A stretch of DNA of 53,721 nucleotides from Minisyncoccota bacterium (GCA_035438745.1 DAORIX010000004.1:1-53721); one strand, 5' to 3'. Shown: positions 16,524 to 24,852, counted from the stretch's first letter. The notes: generated by a model not told the origin, from the sequence alone. Translations and numbers: made by a program.

Positions 16524-16558
16524 GAACATCTTGCTTAGGCAAGATGTTCTTTTTTTTT
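16524..16558 (+). terminator. Rho-independent terminator
   Basis: GAACATCTTGC-TTAG-GCAAGATGTTC followed by T9. Confidence 0.9.
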
Positions 16559-16567
16559 GTCAGAATA

Positions 16568-16595
16568 TTGACATTATTATATTTCGTGTTAATGT
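16568..16595 (+). promoter_or_regulatory. Sigma70 promoter for the 12-aa peptide unit
   Basis: TTGACA, 16 bp, TAATGT. Confidence 0.6.
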
Positions 16596-16649
16596 CACTT
16601 TTAGGAGCCGGTCGCTGTTGTGACTGGCCGTAAACCATAGAAAGGAATT

Positions 16650-16688
16650 ATGCCAAGGAAAAAAAAGAGAGCCACTAAGAAAAAGTGA
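16650..16688 (+). CDS. 12-aa polybasic peptide MPRKKKRATKKK
   Basis: GAAAGGA SD-like motif just upstream; only ATG-initiated ORF seen between the promoter at 16568 and the hairpin at 16706. Confidence 0.5.
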   Translation: MPRKKKRATKKK

Positions 16689-16705
16689 CGATTTCTCGGC
16701 GGCAA

Positions 16706-16745
16706 GAGCCTGTCTCCGTACGGAGACAGGCTCGATTTATTTTTT
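16706..16745 (+). terminator. Terminator-like hairpin
   Basis: GAGCCTGTCTCC-GTAC-GGAGACAGGCTC then GATTTATTTTTT. Confidence 0.65.
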
Positions 16746-16785
16746 CTGCAGAAACGGTGTAGAGTACATGGTGAAAGTACATTTT

Positions 16786-17169
16786 ATGGCTACTAAAAAA
16801 ATAATCCCCCTGAAAGAGACGTGGTATATCTACGCAATCAGTTCGAATTTGATTGCTGAACTGTCTGGTGATTCGGTAGAGGCAGCAGAACGTTACAACA
16901 TGGAATGTCTGCACCGAGGTAATGTTCGGGTCAGGAAAAATCTCTATGAGGTTCCTGAGCATGTTGCAAATGCTGTGTATACAAGGCGAAATGATTTTCA
17001 TTTTATCTTGTACAAGCAGGTAGAAGGGTCACTCCCTCGTTTTGTGTATGAAAATTTTCCTCGTCCGCCCAAGAACCCTTTCAAGAAACACGTGAGAAAT
17101 CTCAAGAAGGGTGTTATCAAAGGATCTTCGCTTCTTAGGCGACAGAATCGAGAGAAAGCCCGAAGGTAA
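16786..17169 (+). CDS. Hypothetical basic protein (~127 aa)
   Basis: ORF ending just before a terminator; Lys/Arg-rich C-terminus; start uncertain (16768 or 16786). Confidence 0.65.
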   Translation: MATKKIIPLKETWYIYAISSNLIAELSGDSVEAAERYNMECLHRGNVRVRKNLYEVPEHVANAVYTRRNDFHFILYKQVEGSLPRFVYENFPRPPKNPFKKHVRNLKKGVIKGSSLLRRQNREKARR

Positions 17170-17174
17170 GTGTC

Positions 17175-17202
17175 AGGCCCCGTCAAAGACGGGGCCTTTT
17201 TT
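17175..17202 (+). terminator. Rho-independent terminator
   Basis: AGGCCCCGTC-AAA-GACGGGGCCT plus T-tract. Confidence 0.85.
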
Positions 17203-17259
17203 ATTTTTAGGGGATATATGTTGCCATTTTTGACTCTTTAGGTTATGATGGTTTTTACT

Positions 17260-17493
17260 ATGGTTATACGAATGAGACATACCCGTGCGCATACAGCCAA
17301 CAGGCGATCGCACCATGCATTAAAGAATCCTGCTCTTGTGCGTGATACTGAATCAGGAATTGCTCGTCTCTCGCACCATGCGTCAAAAGAGACTGGCATG
17401 TATAATGGACGTGTAGTAAAGAGCCTCCAGAAAAAGATAGACAGAAAGCTCAAACGCATCCAGGCAAAATCAAAGGATACACAAGGCAAATAA
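17260..17493 (+). CDS. rpmF: 50S ribosomal protein bL32 (Zn-free, C-terminally extended)
   Basis: MVIRMRHTRAHTANRRSHHAL...HHASKETGMYNGRVV; upstream of nusB. Confidence 0.85.
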   Translation: MVIRMRHTRAHTANRRSHHALKNPALVRDTESGIARLSHHASKETGMYNGRVVKSLQKKIDRKLKRIQAKSKDTQGK

Positions 17494-17538
17494 GTAAGAC
17501 GGTTGGTAGGTAACGGTTCTTTAAATAAATCAAAATTT

Positions 17539-18468
17539 ATGGCAAACAGGCACCTTGCACGATCAGTAGTACTCCAGACACTCTTTGAGTGGGACTTTAG
17601 GGGTCTTTCTGACCTTGAGGTGCCTGTTGTCGTAAAGAGAGACGCGCTCGAATTTGCACCAGGTGTTTCTGATATTTCCTTTATGGAAGATTTGGCGCAG
17701 AGTGTTCTCAAAAAGCGCCCAGAACTCGATTTGATTATTACAAAAGCTGCTCCAGATTGGCCTCTTGATAAGATATCAGTGGTTGATCGAAATATTCTCC
17801 GTATAGGTCTCTACGAACTTCTCTTTGCAGATAAGGGTGAAGTGCCGGCAAAGGTTGCTATAAACGAAGCTATCGAACTTGCAAAAAGCTTTGGAGGTGA
17901 AAACTCTGGAAAGTTTGTAAACGGCGTACTCGGATCGGTATACAAAGAAATGGGCGAGCCAGGAAAGGATGCTGTATCAAAACGTAAAGACGATAAGTTT
18001 AATCTTCCTTTTGAAAAAATGCCGGTGGTAAAGCTCGGAGGCGCTGTCATTTATGCACGCGAAAAAGGAGTACTTTATTTTGCTCTCGTACATGATGTGT
18101 TCGGTCATTGGACATTATCTAAGGGTGGACTTGAGGAGGGCGAGGATGTTGTTTCTGGAACCAAACGCAGAGTACAAGAAGAAATCGGTATTGAAATTTC
18201 TATACAAGAAGAGCTCGCTCAGAACGAATATGTTGCAACTCACCCAGAGAAAGGTAAGATGCGTAAGCAGGTAACCTACTTTTTGGCAGAAGCTACGTAC
18301 GAACCGCTCAAACTTGCTGTAAGCGGTGGTTTGGACAAAGCAGAATGGTTTCCTGTTGAGAATCTTGCTGACTTGAACTTCTATGACGATATGTTGCCTA
18401 TTATTACCAAGGCCGTCGGTATTCTTTCAAAGAAAGACACATCAAAAAAATCAAAGTCTAAAAGCTAA
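17539..18468 (+). CDS. nusB: NusB fused to a C-terminal Nudix hydrolase domain
   Basis: RHLARSVVLQTLFEWDF; VDRNILRIG; VAINEAIELAKSFG; KFVNGVLG; then WTLSKGGLEEGEDVVSGTKRRVQEEIGI. Confidence 0.93.
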   Translation: MANRHLARSVVLQTLFEWDFRGLSDLEVPVVVKRDALEFAPGVSDISFMEDLAQSVLKKRPELDLIITKAAPDWPLDKISVVDRNILRIGLYELLFADKGEVPAKVAINEAIELAKSFGGENSGKFVNGVLGSVYKEMGEPGKDAVSKRKDDKFNLPFEKMPVVKLGGAVIYAREKGVLYFALVHDVFGHWTLSKGGLEEGEDVVSGTKRRVQEEIGIEISIQEELAQNEYVATHPEKGKMRKQVTYFLAEATYEPLKLAVSGGLDKAEWFPVENLADLNFYDDMLPIITKAVGILSKKDTSKKSKSKS

Positions 18469-18493
18469 CCTCTAATTCCTAATCCCTAATTCT

Positions 18494-19192
18494 ATGTCCG
18501 ACATCAACTTTTCACTGTTCGAGAAAAAAGCAGGAGTAACATTTAAAACGAAGTCTTTTTTGAGACAGGCATTCACACACAGATCATATATTAACGAAAA
18601 CAAAACTCTGAAGCTTGAGCACAATGAGCGCCTCGAGTTTTTGGGAGATGCAGTCCTCGAACTTGTGGTGACTGATTTTTTGTATAAAAAATATCAAGGT
18701 GAAGACGAGGGAGTTCTCACTACCTATCGCTCTGCGCTCGTAAACGCTGTCACGTTGTCAGAAATAGCTTCAAATCTTTTTATGAATGACTTTCTCTTGC
18801 TCTCAAAAGGGGAGATGAAAGACGTTGGACGTGCACGACAGTACATTCTCGCTAATACATTTGAGGCGGTCGTAGGAGCGCTCTATATGGATCTAGGATA
18901 TGACGCCGCAAAAGCGTTTATCGACAAGCATCTCTTGTCTTTTGCTGACAAGCTCATTGCCAAGGGAAATCTCGTTGATGCAAAGAGTTTGTTTCAAGAA
19001 AAAGCACAGGAAAAAGTAAGCATTACTCCGGCATATAAGTCTCTCAAAGAAACAGGTCCCGATCATGACAAGTTTTTTACAGTTGGTGTGTATCTCGGAA
19101 AAGAACTCGTTGCTGAAGGCAGTGGAAAATCAAAACAGGAAGCAGAACAGAGCGCGGCTCAAAAAGCTCTTGAAGCAAAGTCTTGGAACTAA
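18494..19192 (+). CDS. rnc: Ribonuclease III
   Basis: HNERLEFLGDAVLEL; ANTFEAVVGALY; dsRBD. Confidence 0.97.
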   Translation: MSDINFSLFEKKAGVTFKTKSFLRQAFTHRSYINENKTLKLEHNERLEFLGDAVLELVVTDFLYKKYQGEDEGVLTTYRSALVNAVTLSEIASNLFMNDFLLLSKGEMKDVGRARQYILANTFEAVVGALYMDLGYDAAKAFIDKHLLSFADKLIAKGNLVDAKSLFQEKAQEKVSITPAYKSLKETGPDHDKFFTVGVYLGKELVAEGSGKSKQEAEQSAAQKALEAKSWN

Positions 19193-19212
19193 GATTGTTA
19201 GAAAGAAAGGAC

Positions 19213-19239
19213 AAAAGCCACACAATTTGTGTGGCTTTT
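19213..19239 (+). terminator. Terminator-like hairpin between rnc and smc
   Basis: AAAAGCCACAC-AATTT-GTGTGGCTTTT. Confidence 0.65.
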
Positions 19240-19297
19240 GTGTGAGGCTTTGAAATGGTATATTGGTGAGGTCTGTTTTAGTCTCGTTTTCTCATTT

Positions 19298-21589
19298 ATG
19301 TATTTGAAATCCCTTGAGTTGTCGGGCTTTAAATCTTTTGCAAAAAAAGCAGAGCTTACTTTTAACGCGCCTATTTCTGCGATAGTAGGTCCCAATGGTT
19401 CTGGAAAATCAAATGTCGCAGAGGCGTTTCGTTTTGTGCTTGGCGAGCAGTCGATCAAGTCTATGCGTGGGAAAAAAACCGAAGATTTGATTTTCAATGG
19501 AGGTGAAGCATCCGCGAGAGGTAATCGAGCATCTGTTAAGCTTGTTTTCGATAACACGAAACGTGTCCTCAATGTTGATTTTGATGAAGTGTCTATCGAG
19601 CGCATTATTCATCGCGATGCACTATCAGAGTATTTTATTAACGGAACACAGGTACGTCTCAAAGACATCATAGAGCTCCTCGCGGGTGCACGTATCGGCT
19701 CATCAGGACATCATATTATTTCTCAAGGAGAGGCTGATTGTATTTTGAATGCCAATGCGCGTGAACGCAGGGAGATGATAGAGGACGCTCTTGGTCTCAA
19801 AATATTTCAATACAAGAGAGAGGAGAGTAAGCGTAAACTCGAAAAGACAAAGGAAAATATGTCACAGGTGGAGTCTCTTCGAAAGGAGATTGCTCCTCAT
19901 ATAAAGTTTCTGAAAAAACAAGTTGAAAAGGTCGAGAAGACTATCGCTCTGCGCGAAGAGCTCAAGCGGGGGTATGCAGAATACTTGTCACGAGAACGTG
20001 TGTACCTCGAGCATACTGAAAAGGTTATTAATTCTGAAAAGAATATGCCACAACGTGAGCTTGAACGTTTGGAACATGAATTAAAAAACGCACGACATAT
20101 TCTCGAATCATCAAAAAAGAGCGACGCAAAAAGTGCAGAGGTGGTAGATCTTGAGCATAAGATTACCCTCATTCGCCAGACAAAAGACTCTCTCGGTAGA
20201 GACATTGGGCGTATTGAGGGTGAGGTTACCAGTCTTCTCCGTATACGAGCACGTGAAGAGGCTCTCGTTCAAACAAAGAGTGCTCAGACAATTCCTTTTT
20301 CAACCGTTGAAGAAATGGTGCGTGATATTGAATCGCTTATTGAATCGAGTGCCAAAGAGTCTGATGTTCTAGGCCTCAAAGCTATTTTCAAGACTATACA
20401 AAAAGCCCTTTCTCGCTTTGTTGAAACCCATCAGTCAAAAGAGCTCGAAACAAATACAAAAGAAATTGATAGCGAAATAGAAAAGCTTTCTACAAAGAAA
20501 AAGAGTATTGAGGAAAAACTCGCAGAGCTTGCCGAAGAAGAGGTCGCACTTAATGAGGCGCATATCCGTCTTCGTAGCGATATCGAAAAAGAAAAAGACT
20601 CCTCTCGTGATGCTGAAAAAGCACTTTTCAGAATAATGGCATCTCAAAATGAGCTTCGAGGAACGTTGTCACTCATTGCTGTTCGCGAAGAAAAACTACG
20701 GCTTGAAAAAGAAGATTTTAAAAGGGAGGTGGAGGAGGGAATGATTCTCGTTGGTAGAGAACTCTATGCGTTTGAAACGTATGTGCCTGTAAATGAAGCA
20801 GGTGTACCCTTGGGTGCGGGTGAAATCGCTTCTGAAAACAGATCATTTCAGGAAGAGCGCAGAAAGAATATCGAAAAGATAAAAGTACGCATTGAAGACT
20901 CGGGCGCACTGTCTGCTTCTGAGGTTATGCGCGAGTACAAGGAGGTTTCTGAACGAGATGATTTTCTTGCGCGTGAGCTCGTTGACCTAGAAAAGTCAGC
21001 AGAATCTCTCGTCGTTCTCATTGCGGATCTCGAGTCAAAACTCGACACTCTTTTCTCTGAGGGCGTAGAAAAAATTAATCGACAGTTCAAGGAATTTTTT
21101 GCCCTCATGTTTGGTGGCGGTACCGCGTCTTTGTCGGTGCTTCGGGAAAAGAAGGTAAAGCGTGTGAGCGCAGAAGAATTGCTTTCTCTTGGAGAGTCAG
21201 TGTCTCATGAGGAAGACGAAGAAGAGGAAGCCGAAGTCGGAGTACATATCGAAGTGAATCTCCCTCGAAAGAAAATCAAAGCTCTTGAAATGCTTTCTGG
21301 CGGTGAACGTGCTCTTACTTCTATTGCACTGCTTTTTGCGATGTCACAGGTCAATCCACCTCCATTTATTATTCTTGATGAAACTGACGCGGCTCTCGAT
21401 GAGGCAAATTCAAAAAAATATGGAGATATGGTTGAAAACTTATCTAAGTATTCACAACTTATCGTCATTACTCACAATAGAGAGACGATGTCTCGAGCGG
21501 GTGTACTCTATGGAGTTACTATGGGACGCGAGGGATATTCAAAGCTTCTTTCTATCGCATTTAATGAGGCGGTCGCTGTTGCAAAGTAG
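19298..21589 (+). CDS. smc: SMC-family ATPase, short (763 aa), no recognisable hinge
   Basis: GFKSF; GPNGSGKSN; ISQG; LSGGE; ILDETDAALDEAN; ITHN; follows rnc. Start moved to 19298. Confidence 0.88.
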   Translation: MYLKSLELSGFKSFAKKAELTFNAPISAIVGPNGSGKSNVAEAFRFVLGEQSIKSMRGKKTEDLIFNGGEASARGNRASVKLVFDNTKRVLNVDFDEVSIERIIHRDALSEYFINGTQVRLKDIIELLAGARIGSSGHHIISQGEADCILNANARERREMIEDALGLKIFQYKREESKRKLEKTKENMSQVESLRKEIAPHIKFLKKQVEKVEKTIALREELKRGYAEYLSRERVYLEHTEKVINSEKNMPQRELERLEHELKNARHILESSKKSDAKSAEVVDLEHKITLIRQTKDSLGRDIGRIEGEVTSLLRIRAREEALVQTKSAQTIPFSTVEEMVRDIESLIESSAKESDVLGLKAIFKTIQKALSRFVETHQSKELETNTKEIDSEIEKLSTKKKSIEEKLAELAEEEVALNEAHIRLRSDIEKEKDSSRDAEKALFRIMASQNELRGTLSLIAVREEKLRLEKEDFKREVEEGMILVGRELYAFETYVPVNEAGVPLGAGEIASENRSFQEERRKNIEKIKVRIEDSGALSASEVMREYKEVSERDDFLARELVDLEKSAESLVVLIADLESKLDTLFSEGVEKINRQFKEFFALMFGGGTASLSVLREKKVKRVSAEELLSLGESVSHEEDEEEEAEVGVHIEVNLPRKKIKALEMLSGGERALTSIALLFAMSQVNPPPFIILDETDAALDEANSKKYGDMVENLSKYSQLIVITHNRETMSRAGVLYGVTMGREGYSKLLSIAFNEAVAVAK

Positions 21590-21630
21590 ACATCTTGCAA
21601 TAATTGTTTTTTTGTATACAGTGGTGGAGT

Positions 21631-21864
21631 ATGACCTTTAAGCATATTTCACCTGGTGCTACGTTTTGGATGCGCACTGTGAGGTATATCAAAACACAGA
21701 AGGTTGTTGTTTCTGATATACCATACAATGCTGTTTGCTTTGGTACAGGAGCGCATACTTTTGTTGGTGAGGACGTTCCTGTGCTCGCTGATCATAGTGA
21801 GCTTTATTGTCCGGTACATAGAGAAGAGGAGACTCCTTCGTCCATGCATGTGAGCTCACTCTAA
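21631..21864 (+). CDS. Small hypothetical protein, phage-like beta-barrel (MTFKHISPGATF...YNAV)
   Basis: GGTGGAG upstream of ATG 21631; ends immediately before a terminator. Confidence 0.6.
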   Translation: MTFKHISPGATFWMRTVRYIKTQKVVVSDIPYNAVCFGTGAHTFVGEDVPVLADHSELYCPVHREEETPSSMHVSSL

Positions 21865-21866
21865 GT

Positions 21867-21892
21867 AAAACCACCCGTAAGGGTGGTTTTTT
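21867..21892 (+). terminator. Terminator (AAAACCACC family)
   Basis: AAAACCACCC-GTAA-GGGTGGTTTTTT. Confidence 0.85.
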
Positions 21893-21920
21893 GACAAAGT
21901 TTTTATTTTTCATATAGTAT
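21891..21920 (+). promoter_or_regulatory. Sigma70 promoter overlapping the terminator U-tract
   Basis: TTGACA, 18 bp, TAGTAT. Confidence 0.55.
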
Positions 21921-21958
21921 TCTTCTCTAGTTCTTTAACGTCAAAAGGTGGTTTTACT

Positions 21959-22327
21959 ATGAAAGAAACACTCGAGTCTGTCAGAGTTTGTTGCGCACGG
22001 TATGAAGCGGGCATTGACCCTTCTCATATTGTTTCTACACTACACGCTGTACATGCGGGATTTATAAAATTATCTTCGCAAAATTCTCTCTGGGCTGAGA
22101 CCATTGATGCGGAGGCGTTCAATCATATGAATCCGGTCGATGTGTTTTTGGGACCGGAAAAGTACAATCATTTGAAATCCACCGTGCAGGAAGAACAACG
22201 CATACAGCTCGGTTATGTGCCGATTCGGTACACTGAGCCGTACAAGACATACCTGAGAGAGGTATGGAAGTGCTTGTTTCTTCTGAGAAAGAAACTACAC
22301 ACACGCACAGCAATCGTCGCGTGCTAG
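21959..22327 (+). CDS. Hypothetical protein (122 aa)
   Basis: AAGGTGG SD-like motif 7 nt upstream; own promoter; followed by a terminator. Confidence 0.65.
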   Translation: MKETLESVRVCCARYEAGIDPSHIVSTLHAVHAGFIKLSSQNSLWAETIDAEAFNHMNPVDVFLGPEKYNHLKSTVQEEQRIQLGYVPIRYTEPYKTYLREVWKCLFLLRKKLHTRTAIVAC

Positions 22328-22329
22328 AC

Positions 22330-22362
22330 AAAACTGCGCCCCTTAGAGGGACGCAGTTTTTT
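22330..22362. terminator. Bidirectional terminator
   Basis: AAAACTGCGCCC...GGGACGCAGTTTT. Confidence 0.75.
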
Positions 22363-22372
22363 ATCTCGTTTT

Positions 22373-24331
22373 TTAAGGGACAAGTGCGTAGTCGAGCGTT
22401 TTCTTTTCGATGTCAGCGTTTACTATCTTGAAACGTACCGTGTCACCGAGGCGGAATTTCTTTTTTGTTTTCTCGCCAATAACAGTATAGTTTTTTGCAT
22501 CGAGTTTAAAAAAGTCGTCACCGAGATCTCGCAGTCGTATCATTCCTTCTGACCGTGTTTCTTTGTCCTCTACATAGATACCCCATTCTGTTACGCCAGA
22601 TATGGTGCCATCAAATGTTTTACCGATACGGTCTTTCATGTACTCTACTTGTTTGTATTTTATAGAGGCTCGCTCTGCTTCTGCTGCACGCACTTCTTTT
22701 TCTGAGGATTCCTCAGTGAGTTTTTTGTAGAGAGACCATTCACCCTGCGAAATGGCGCCATGAGTGAGTTCTCTGTAAAGAAGTCGATGAACAAGTAGGT
22801 CTGCGTATCTACGAATAGGGGACGTAAAATGTGTGTAGTACTCAAAAGCTAAACCAAAGTGACCAATATTTTCTGTTGAATATATTGCTTTTGCCATTGA
22901 TCGTACTGCTGCTGTTTTTATGAGGGATTCCTCGGCCTTGCCCTCAACTTGCTTCATAAGAACCTGAAGGTCTTTTACCTTGATACCTTTTGGACTGATA
23001 GGGAGTTCGTAGCCGAGCGCACGAACGAATATTGCCAAGTCAGCAACACGGTCTTTGTCTGGTGCGTCATGGATACGATAGACAAATGAGCCTGCTTTTT
23101 TAGAGAGAGCTCGTGCCATGTAGAGTGCTACTTCGCGGTTAGCGAGAAGCATGTATTCTTCAACGAGCTTGTGCGCATCGAATCTTTTTTTCTTGAATAC
23201 GCGTATAGGTTTGCCTGTTTCATCAAGCTCGAACTTTATTTCATCTTGCTCAAAATCAATAGCGCCGGCTTTTTCTTTTTCGAGACGCATCTTTTTTGCG
23301 ATAGCATTCAGTATGGTGAGCTCCTCTCGATACTCTTGTGAGTTTCCAAGAATAGATTCTTGGGCTGCTTCATAGGTGAATCGTTTGTTTGAGTTAATGA
23401 TTGTTTTTCCAAACCATCGGTCATGTATTTTTCCTGCATCGTCCATAATAAATACAGATGAAAACGCAAGTTTGTCTTCGTGTGGATTGAGGCTACAGAG
23501 ATCGTTTGAGAGCACTTCGGGGAGCATAGGTATGGTGCGATCGACGAGGTATACAGAGAAACCGCGAGAGCGTGCTTCTTTGTCGAGCGCTGTCCCTTCG
23601 CGTACATAGTGGGAGACATCGGCTATATGTACTCCTATTTCGTATTTTCCATCAGGCATTTTTTTAAATGAGATGGCGTCATCGAAGTCCTTTGCATCAA
23701 TAGGGTCTATGGTAAATGTTGTGGTCGAACGAAAGTCTTTGCGTAAGGCAATTTCTTTGTCGCTTATTGTTTTTTCTTTTTTTCCAATTTCTTCGGCTTC
23801 ACGTACAACCGCTTCTGGGTAATCATACGCAATACCGCGCTCAAGTACGATTGCTCGCATCTCTGTATTATGTTCGCCGTGAATACCGATTATCTCTAGA
23901 ACCTTTCCAATAGGGTATTTTTCGCCACTGTCCCAATTGAGTATCTGAACAAGCACTTTGTCTCCTGGAACAGCATTGTTTATGTTTGCCTGAGGAATAT
24001 GTATGTCAGAGTAAAGTCTCTTGTCATCTGGCACGAGCGCATAGCCGAGACCATGCCTCTCTACAACTCCGACAAAATTTGTTTTCGCTCGTTTGTGTAT
24101 AGCAACAACCTCGCCTTGTACGCGGTCACGTTCCTTGTTTGGAAGCACTTTGATTTCTACTTCATCGTTATGAAGTGCTGTGTGGAGACGAGGGGTCTGT
24201 ATTTCGATGTCATCGTCATCTTTTTTCTCTGATTTTTTGAAAAAACCGATGCCTTTTGAGTTGACGCTGAGGGTTCCTGTAAGGGTTTTTGCGACTTTGC
24301 CCTCTGTTTTATGAGAATGTGTTGGAGTCAT
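22373..24331 (-). CDS. rnr: Ribonuclease R
   Basis: CSD domains; TIDPIDAKDFDDAIS; VEEYMLLAN; YTHFTSPIRRYADLLVHR; S1 domain. Start moved to 24331. Confidence 0.96.
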   Translation of the reverse strand: MTPTHSHKTEGKVAKTLTGTLSVNSKGIGFFKKSEKKDDDDIEIQTPRLHTALHNDEVEIKVLPNKERDRVQGEVVAIHKRAKTNFVGVVERHGLGYALVPDDKRLYSDIHIPQANINNAVPGDKVLVQILNWDSGEKYPIGKVLEIIGIHGEHNTEMRAIVLERGIAYDYPEAVVREAEEIGKKEKTISDKEIALRKDFRSTTTFTIDPIDAKDFDDAISFKKMPDGKYEIGVHIADVSHYVREGTALDKEARSRGFSVYLVDRTIPMLPEVLSNDLCSLNPHEDKLAFSSVFIMDDAGKIHDRWFGKTIINSNKRFTYEAAQESILGNSQEYREELTILNAIAKKMRLEKEKAGAIDFEQDEIKFELDETGKPIRVFKKKRFDAHKLVEEYMLLANREVALYMARALSKKAGSFVYRIHDAPDKDRVADLAIFVRALGYELPISPKGIKVKDLQVLMKQVEGKAEESLIKTAAVRSMAKAIYSTENIGHFGLAFEYYTHFTSPIRRYADLLVHRLLYRELTHGAISQGEWSLYKKLTEESSEKEVRAAEAERASIKYKQVEYMKDRIGKTFDGTISGVTEWGIYVEDKETRSEGMIRLRDLGDDFFKLDAKNYTVIGEKTKKKFRLGDTVRFKIVNADIEKKTLDYALVP

Positions 24332-24371
24332 GGTATTCACTATAACAGAAAGGGCTTTAAAACACAGCATG

Positions 24372-24400
24372 TTGACCTGTTGTTTTAATTCTGCTAGTAT
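24372..24400 (+). promoter_or_regulatory. rpsP promoter (predicted leaderless)
   Basis: TTGACC, 17 bp, TAGTAT with TG extension; ATG 7 nt downstream. Confidence 0.7.
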
Positions 24401-24407
24401 CCATTCC

Positions 24408-24740
24408 ATGTTAAAAATCAGACTTCAGCGCGTAGGACGCAAGAATATAGCTACATTTCGAGTGGTTCTCACCGACTCAAAAAACAGCACCAAAAGCGGT
24501 AAGTTTTTGGAAGTACTCGGTTCATTTGATCCAGTAAACGATATTAAAACTGTAAACGGTGATCGTATTAAGTATTGGGTTTCAAAAGGCGCTCAGCTTT
24601 CTGACACACTTCATAACTACCTCATAGACAAGAAAATTATTCCAGGGAAAAAGATTAATGCATTGCCAAAGAAGAAGCCTATAAAGAAAGAAGGCGAGGC
24701 AAAACCAGCAACCCCAGCAACTCCTGCTCAGACTGCATAG
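24408..24740 (+). CDS. rpsP: 30S ribosomal protein bS16
   Basis: MLKIRLQRVGRK...FRVVLTDS...EVLGSFDP...WVSKGAQLSDT. Confidence 0.96.
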   Translation: MLKIRLQRVGRKNIATFRVVLTDSKNSTKSGKFLEVLGSFDPVNDIKTVNGDRIKYWVSKGAQLSDTLHNYLIDKKIIPGKKINALPKKKPIKKEGEAKPATPATPAQTA

Positions 24741-24742
24741 TC

Positions 24743-24779
24743 AAAAAGAAAACCACTATCAACAGGTGGTTTTCTTTTT
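24743..24779 (+). terminator. Terminator (AAAACCAC variant)
   Basis: AAAAAGAAAACCAC...GTGGTTTCTTTTT. Confidence 0.7.
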
Positions 24780-24852
24780 GACTATGTTTTTGGTACACTA
24801 AAGAGCGAGCAGTACAACGTCGCTTACTGCCTTATCTGTATAATTAAACATC

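Larger units (their letters stand above)
16227..16558 (+). ncRNA. Candidate ~330-nt sRNA or small-ORF transcript
   Basis: Bounded by a consensus promoter and a strong terminator; several hairpins; no plus-strand ORF of 60 aa or more. Confidence 0.4.

Noticed and set aside
21649-21849. 66-aa minus-strand ORF
   Set aside because: Shadow of the plus-strand 21631-21864 ORF, which has an upstream purine motif and a terminator.
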